In this document: positions 59,754 through 64,000 of the stretch, piece by piece
How the letters are laid out: each line of letters opens with the position of its first letter
How positions within the stretch are numbered: the first letter of the stretch is position 1
DNA from: Candidatus Poribacteria bacterium
GTDB lineage: Bacteria > Poribacteria > WGA-4E > JAJDTR01
DNA length: 64,000 bases
Assembly: GCA_965222225.1 (NCBI GenBank)
Contig: CBDCTK010000002.1
Location: 1,536,001-1,600,000, forward strand
Direction: 5' to 3'
Made by a program: the position numbers and the translations under genes
Notes under the pieces: generated by a model
The model's input: the letters and a program-made list of their open reading frames with translations, nothing else
Database searches by the model: none
Told to the model about the DNA's origin: nothing

Positions 59754-59845
59754 ATGCCTGCATCCTTTTCTGACTGAAGATTTCTCGGCTCTTCAATGGC
59801 TGCACAATCACGAATACGTGTTTGTACTGTGTGTGCGGGCGCCTA

Positions 59846-60316
59846 TTATGGTGGACCGCCCCTCTCCGCCAAAGACATCAGTTCTGATTCGGACAGAGCG
59901 AGATCGATGGGCTCCGAAACGGGTTGCGTCACTTTGTAAGGTGTCTTCGCATAGATTTCAACAACGTTGTCGTCCGGGTCGTAGAAGTAGATTGAAAAAG
60001 CAATCCCGTGAGTAACGATGTTCCGAATGCGCACTCCCTCCTGTTTAAGGAGTTCGTGAAACTGTTTCAAAGCGTCAAGGTCTTCGACGATGAAGGAGAT
60101 CTGTTGAACTACCTTTGCGCCCGGTGCGACATCTCTGCCAGTACAGAGAGCGAGTTCGTGGTGTTCTTCATCCGGCTGTGCGCTCAGGAAAGTCATCTGT
60201 CCGTCTGGGGATTCGTCCGTGATGACGAGACCAAGGATTCGAGTATAAAAATCTTTCGATTTCTGCAAATCGGTGCAATAAAGCCCTACATGCCCTAGTG
60301 CTTTGACAGATGGCAT
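59846..60316 (-). CDS. VOC / glyoxalase-family protein
   Basis: LGHVGL...DL.KS.DFY..ILGL; EHHELAL; SIYFYDPD.N.VEI. Confidence 0.88.
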   Translation of the reverse strand: MPSVKALGHVGLYCTDLQKSKDFYTRILGLVITDESPDGQMTFLSAQPDEEHHELALCTGRDVAPGAKVVQQISFIVEDLDALKQFHELLKQEGVRIRNIVTHGIAFSIYFYDPDDNVVEIYAKTPYKVTQPVSEPIDLALSESELMSLAERGGPP

Positions 60317-60402
60317 ATCGTCCTTCCTTTGTAAAATATCAGCTAGATTCGTTAGTGGAAGGTTCCTCCGTAGTGAAGCAGCACACCATCGAAAAGTTGG
60401 TG

Positions 60403-61068
60403 TTAGTCTGTCCTTGAGTTGGGGGTTATGCCGCCTAAGGCGCCAATTGATTCCATAATCATTCGGCTCATGCTGTTGTACATGAGGCGTTTATCTTCGA
60501 TCTTCCGGGACTCACTGAAATCTATCGGAGGTCCAAAGTGTGTTGTAAGCTTTGCTGGTCTAATCCATTTTGACCGTCGCGGCATAAGGTAATTCGCTCC
60601 GGAAAGATAAACAGGAATTGCAGGAACATCTGCGTTCTGAATGATGAAACTGACGCCATCACGGGCTTTGCCTAAGTTGCCATCTTTGCTACGCGTACCT
60701 TCGGGGAAGATTAGCACGGCATGCCCCTCCTTCAGGAGAGAAATCGTATGCTTTAATGCCCTGCGGTCTGCCGTGCCGCGTTTTACCGGATAAGCGTTAT
60801 GTAATGCAAGTAGTTTTCCGAGTAAGGGAACATTAAATATGCTATCCCGTGTCATGAAATGGAATTCGCGCCTAGCCGTAATTCCCACAATAAACGGATC
60901 GAGATAGCTAACATGGTTCGACAACAGTAACACGCCACCCTCACGAGGGACATGCTCGTTGCCGTGTGCTTCGAGTTTGAACAGTCCGGTTAGAGCGGCG
61001 CCTAGGCATCGCTGAGTCCACCGGTACGGCACAGAATCCGTCAAAAAACTAAACTGCTGGTATCTCAT
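60403..61068 (-). CDS. plsC: 1-acyl-sn-glycerol-3-phosphate acyltransferase
   Basis: NHVSYLD, IFPEGTRS. Confidence 0.85.
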   Translation of the reverse strand: MRYQQFSFLTDSVPYRWTQRCLGAALTGLFKLEAHGNEHVPREGGVLLLSNHVSYLDPFIVGITARREFHFMTRDSIFNVPLLGKLLALHNAYPVKRGTADRRALKHTISLLKEGHAVLIFPEGTRSKDGNLGKARDGVSFIIQNADVPAIPVYLSGANYLMPRRSKWIRPAKLTTHFGPPIDFSESRKIEDKRLMYNSMSRMIMESIGALGGITPNSRTD

Positions 61069-61730
61069 GAAAGCGCTTCTATCTGTTTGATAATGAATTC
61101 TACAACCTGATTCAGCGTCCTGTCAGTGGTGTCAACGATGATTGCATCATCGGCGGGCCGTAAGGGGCTATGTGCACGGGACAGGTCCTTTTCGTCTCGC
61201 GTCCTAATCTCCTGTTCAATCTGTTCGATTGTGCACGCAATCTTTTTGGTTTGCAACTCAAGAAAGCGCCGCTTCGCTCGTTCCTGAACAGACGCATCTA
61301 AGTAAAATTTGACCTCTGCATGCGGGAAAACTACCGTGGTCACGTCTCGCCCTTCAACGACAATTCCGCCGTCTTTCCCAATCCGGCGCTGTTGCTCTAC
61401 CATCGCATTGCGCACCTCAGGAATCCTCGCAATGTCCACTACTGCTTTATCAATTTCCGGTGTATGGATCAGGTCCGATACATCTTCGCCATTCAGTAGC
61501 GTAATCTTACCATTGTCGGCGAAGTCAATTCGGCAGCCGTGCGCGAGTTCTATGAGTTTCTTAACATTTGTGCACGGTACCTTCGCTCGAACCTCAAGTA
61601 GCGTTACTGCTCGGTACATTGCCCCCGAATTGAGAAACAAGTAACCCATCTTCTCGGCAATCCGTCTCGCCACGGTACTCTTTCCGGATCCCGCGGGGCC
61701 ATCCATAGCGATGGTCAAAGATTTACGCAT
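61065..61730 (-). CDS. cmk: Cytidylate kinase
   Basis: DGPAGSGKST, SGAMYRA, EGRD..TVVFP.A, RD..D..R..SPL. Confidence 0.95.
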   Translation of the reverse strand: MRKSLTIAMDGPAGSGKSTVARRIAEKMGYLFLNSGAMYRAVTLLEVRAKVPCTNVKKLIELAHGCRIDFADNGKITLLNGEDVSDLIHTPEIDKAVVDIARIPEVRNAMVEQQRRIGKDGGIVVEGRDVTTVVFPHAEVKFYLDASVQERAKRRFLELQTKKIACTIEQIEQEIRTRDEKDLSRAHSPLRPADDAIIVDTTDRTLNQVVEFIIKQIEALS

Positions 61731-61975
61731 TTGTCCTTCCGTTCATGGTAACGGAATCTCAATAGTTATTGCCTTCGAAATCTAGAAATTGTAGAGAGGG
61801 CGCCCGTGTAGTTACACACGGACCTCCATTCTACCGTCATATTTCTCTAAGAAATCAAAGCTATGCCATTATATCACAGGCTCGTCGGTGGTGTAACTGC
61901 AAAATTCTGTCGACGTTGTAGTTGTACTGCAAGAAGTGGAAGAACAGAATCGCTAATTTGTTCGTCACCTACGTG

Positions 61976-63709
61976 TTAGATTCTAAAAATCTCCCCCAGT
62001 CGACCGCCGAGTGCTCGTCCGGCGCCTATCAGGCATCCAATCAGTATCACCATCCCTACTACCCCAAGTGCACTAGCAATGTATTCCCCTCCGACAGGAC
62101 GCTGTGAGAGACTCCATATAGCTTTGGTAATAGGGCTGTACTCATCTCGCATCGCAAGCACCAGGCTATCGCTCACTTCCAACATGGAGAACGAAAAAAC
62201 CAGAATCGATCCGGCAATTAAATTCGCGATAATAAGTGGAAACGTAATCTTGTAAAGCGTGCGTGCCGGGTTGGCACCCAGATTCTGTGATGCCTCCTCA
62301 TACGTGACACTTGTCTGTTGTAGTCCGGCATAAATTGAGCGTAGCATGTATGGCAAGCGTCTCACTGAGTAACTAACAATCAACAACAGCGTAGGGTTTT
62401 GGCGTGGATCGATGACGGTGATTATGCTCTCCGGCATGTGGCGAAGTACAGGCGACGTATCTGCAAAACTACCCACGTAGCCGAAAGCAAGTACGATACC
62501 GGGGAGTGCTAATGGCAACATCGCTAGCGCATCAAGCAGGTTGCTAAATGGCAGACGTTTGCGGGTGAGTAGATAAGCAATCGCTATTCCCATCGCAAGT
62601 GCGAGTAGCGTGCTGAAGATACTGTATTTGAAACTGTTCAGAATGCTAGGAAGTGTATCTTCATGTGTAAAGACTGTCAGGTAATGCTCGATTGTATAGC
62701 TCTTAGGCAAAATGCTCAACCGCCACTGACTGGCGTCGGGCGTTAAAGAAACTAGCACAACACTGATATGCGGTAGCAACGCCACAAAGGTCAGTCCGCC
62801 GCCGAATAAGTAAATTGCTGTACACATCCGCTTGTTCGCAGTAATTTCACGAGAGCCAACATGTCCGCGTCCAATCATCTCATAATTTCTGCCGCCTGTC
62901 CACCGCTTGGACAGATAGAAGGCCGACGCTGTTAGTACGACTATCAATACCACTAGTGCGTATCCCATCGGATTAACATTTGCATCGGTAACTTGCCGGA
63001 AAATCCGCACAGCAATGACTTCATTGTATTCGAAAATCAGGGGTGTACCCAAATCTGTGAACGACCAGATAAAAACCAGAATGGCACCAGCAAAATAACC
63101 GGGCATCATGAGTGGGGCTGTCACCGTCCGGAAGAGTTTGAATCGCGATGCTCCCATGTTTTCTGCCGCTTCCTCTAGACTTGGATCGATATTCGCCAAC
63201 GCGGCAGCAACGCTGAGATACATAATCGGATAAAGATGCAACGTTGCCATTAGTACCACAGCCCAGAAACCGCCGCCAAACCAGTCAACTGGTTGGCTAA
63301 GATTAATAACTCCTATCTTTGATAACAACATGTTCACACTGCCGTACAGTCCAAAGAACATCTTCATGCCGATAGCGCCGACAAAAGGGGGCATAATCAT
63401 TGGCACAAGAATCACCCCCTGCATCAACCTACGCCCAGGGAACCGATAGCGAGTAAAAAAATATGCGAGCGGTAAGCTCACCAAAGTCGTCGTCAACGTT
63501 ACGAACACGCCAAGCTTGAAACTGTTAATCACTAATGCGCGGGTGTTTGCATCCGTAACCATCAACTGAAAATAGGTGAGCGTAAAACGGCCATCAATCC
63601 AGAAGGCAGCTTTGAAAATGTAGAGCAGGGGATATATCAGAAAAGCAACAAAAAAGAGAAGAATCGGGGATAGGATGATGTGAACGGAGTATTTGCTGTT
63701 CCGAATCAT
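61976..63709 (-). CDS. Iron(III)-type ABC transporter permease (FbpB-like)
   Basis: Two EAA loops (LEEAAENMGA, YEEASQNLGA); many TM segments; DLGTPL. Confidence 0.85.
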   Translation of the reverse strand: MIRNSKYSVHIILSPILLFFVAFLIYPLLYIFKAAFWIDGRFTLTYFQLMVTDANTRALVINSFKLGVFVTLTTTLVSLPLAYFFTRYRFPGRRLMQGVILVPMIMPPFVGAIGMKMFFGLYGSVNMLLSKIGVINLSQPVDWFGGGFWAVVLMATLHLYPIMYLSVAAALANIDPSLEEAAENMGASRFKLFRTVTAPLMMPGYFAGAILVFIWSFTDLGTPLIFEYNEVIAVRIFRQVTDANVNPMGYALVVLIVVLTASAFYLSKRWTGGRNYEMIGRGHVGSREITANKRMCTAIYLFGGGLTFVALLPHISVVLVSLTPDASQWRLSILPKSYTIEHYLTVFTHEDTLPSILNSFKYSIFSTLLALAMGIAIAYLLTRKRLPFSNLLDALAMLPLALPGIVLAFGYVGSFADTSPVLRHMPESIITVIDPRQNPTLLLIVSYSVRRLPYMLRSIYAGLQQTSVTYEEASQNLGANPARTLYKITFPLIIANLIAGSILVFSFSMLEVSDSLVLAMRDEYSPITKAIWSLSQRPVGGEYIASALGVVGMVILIGCLIGAGRALGGRLGEIFRI

Positions 63710-64000
63710 TTAGTAACCTACAAACCTCGTAAATTCTGCCTGTATCGATATTCTAACCGACTTGATACTTCGACATCCTGGCGGAAACCGTCTCAAAGTT
63801 GTTTTCTCAAAAATGTTCATAGCCAAGATTATACAGGAACTGGTGATAATTATAATTCTGCGCAAATCGCATAAGCACTGGCGCAGTCATCCATCAGTTA
63901 TTTCGTAAACAAGACGGGGCAAATCTTCTATTTGTCCCCCCTAAATACCACTTCACTTCACCTATGCCAATCTATTTCCCTCTACTTCTAAACGGCGTTC

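Overview
Bacterial chromosomal window. It is probably Candidatus Poribacteria or a similar lineage, inferred from giant secreted proteins with the NYPNPFNPETWIPY-type FlgD-Ig C-terminal domain next to a PorV-family gene. Bases ~1-48.6 kb are an accessory-type region in which most intergenic gaps hold nested short repeats: GTAG-type REP palindromes, TTA-flanked MITEs, CCACT-based heptamer/19-mer satellites and a 30-nt element GATCAA-NN-GA-NN-GRATA-NN-GA-NN-GCGATAG. That element (about 60 copies by eye) has variable dinucleotides that covary as a hairpin built around tandem G.A mismatches and is the most novel signal here. A RAYT (REP-associated tyrosine transposase) pseudogene lacking its HUH motif lies in this region, as do four mosaic membrane-anchored coiled-coil paralogs, a pentaheme cytochrome c, hemH, a vWA gene split by an in-frame TAG, and two very large Ig-rich secreted proteins with porV and a LysM gene. 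The remainder is mostly housekeeping: argF and an ABC-2 exporter just before 48.6 kb, then, with no such repeats seen, HU, GHMP kinase, MoxR, ugd, selA-selB-selC, an S9 peptidase, plsC, cmk and an iron ABC permease. All calls come from manual reading of motifs; no database searches were run and copy counts are approximate.
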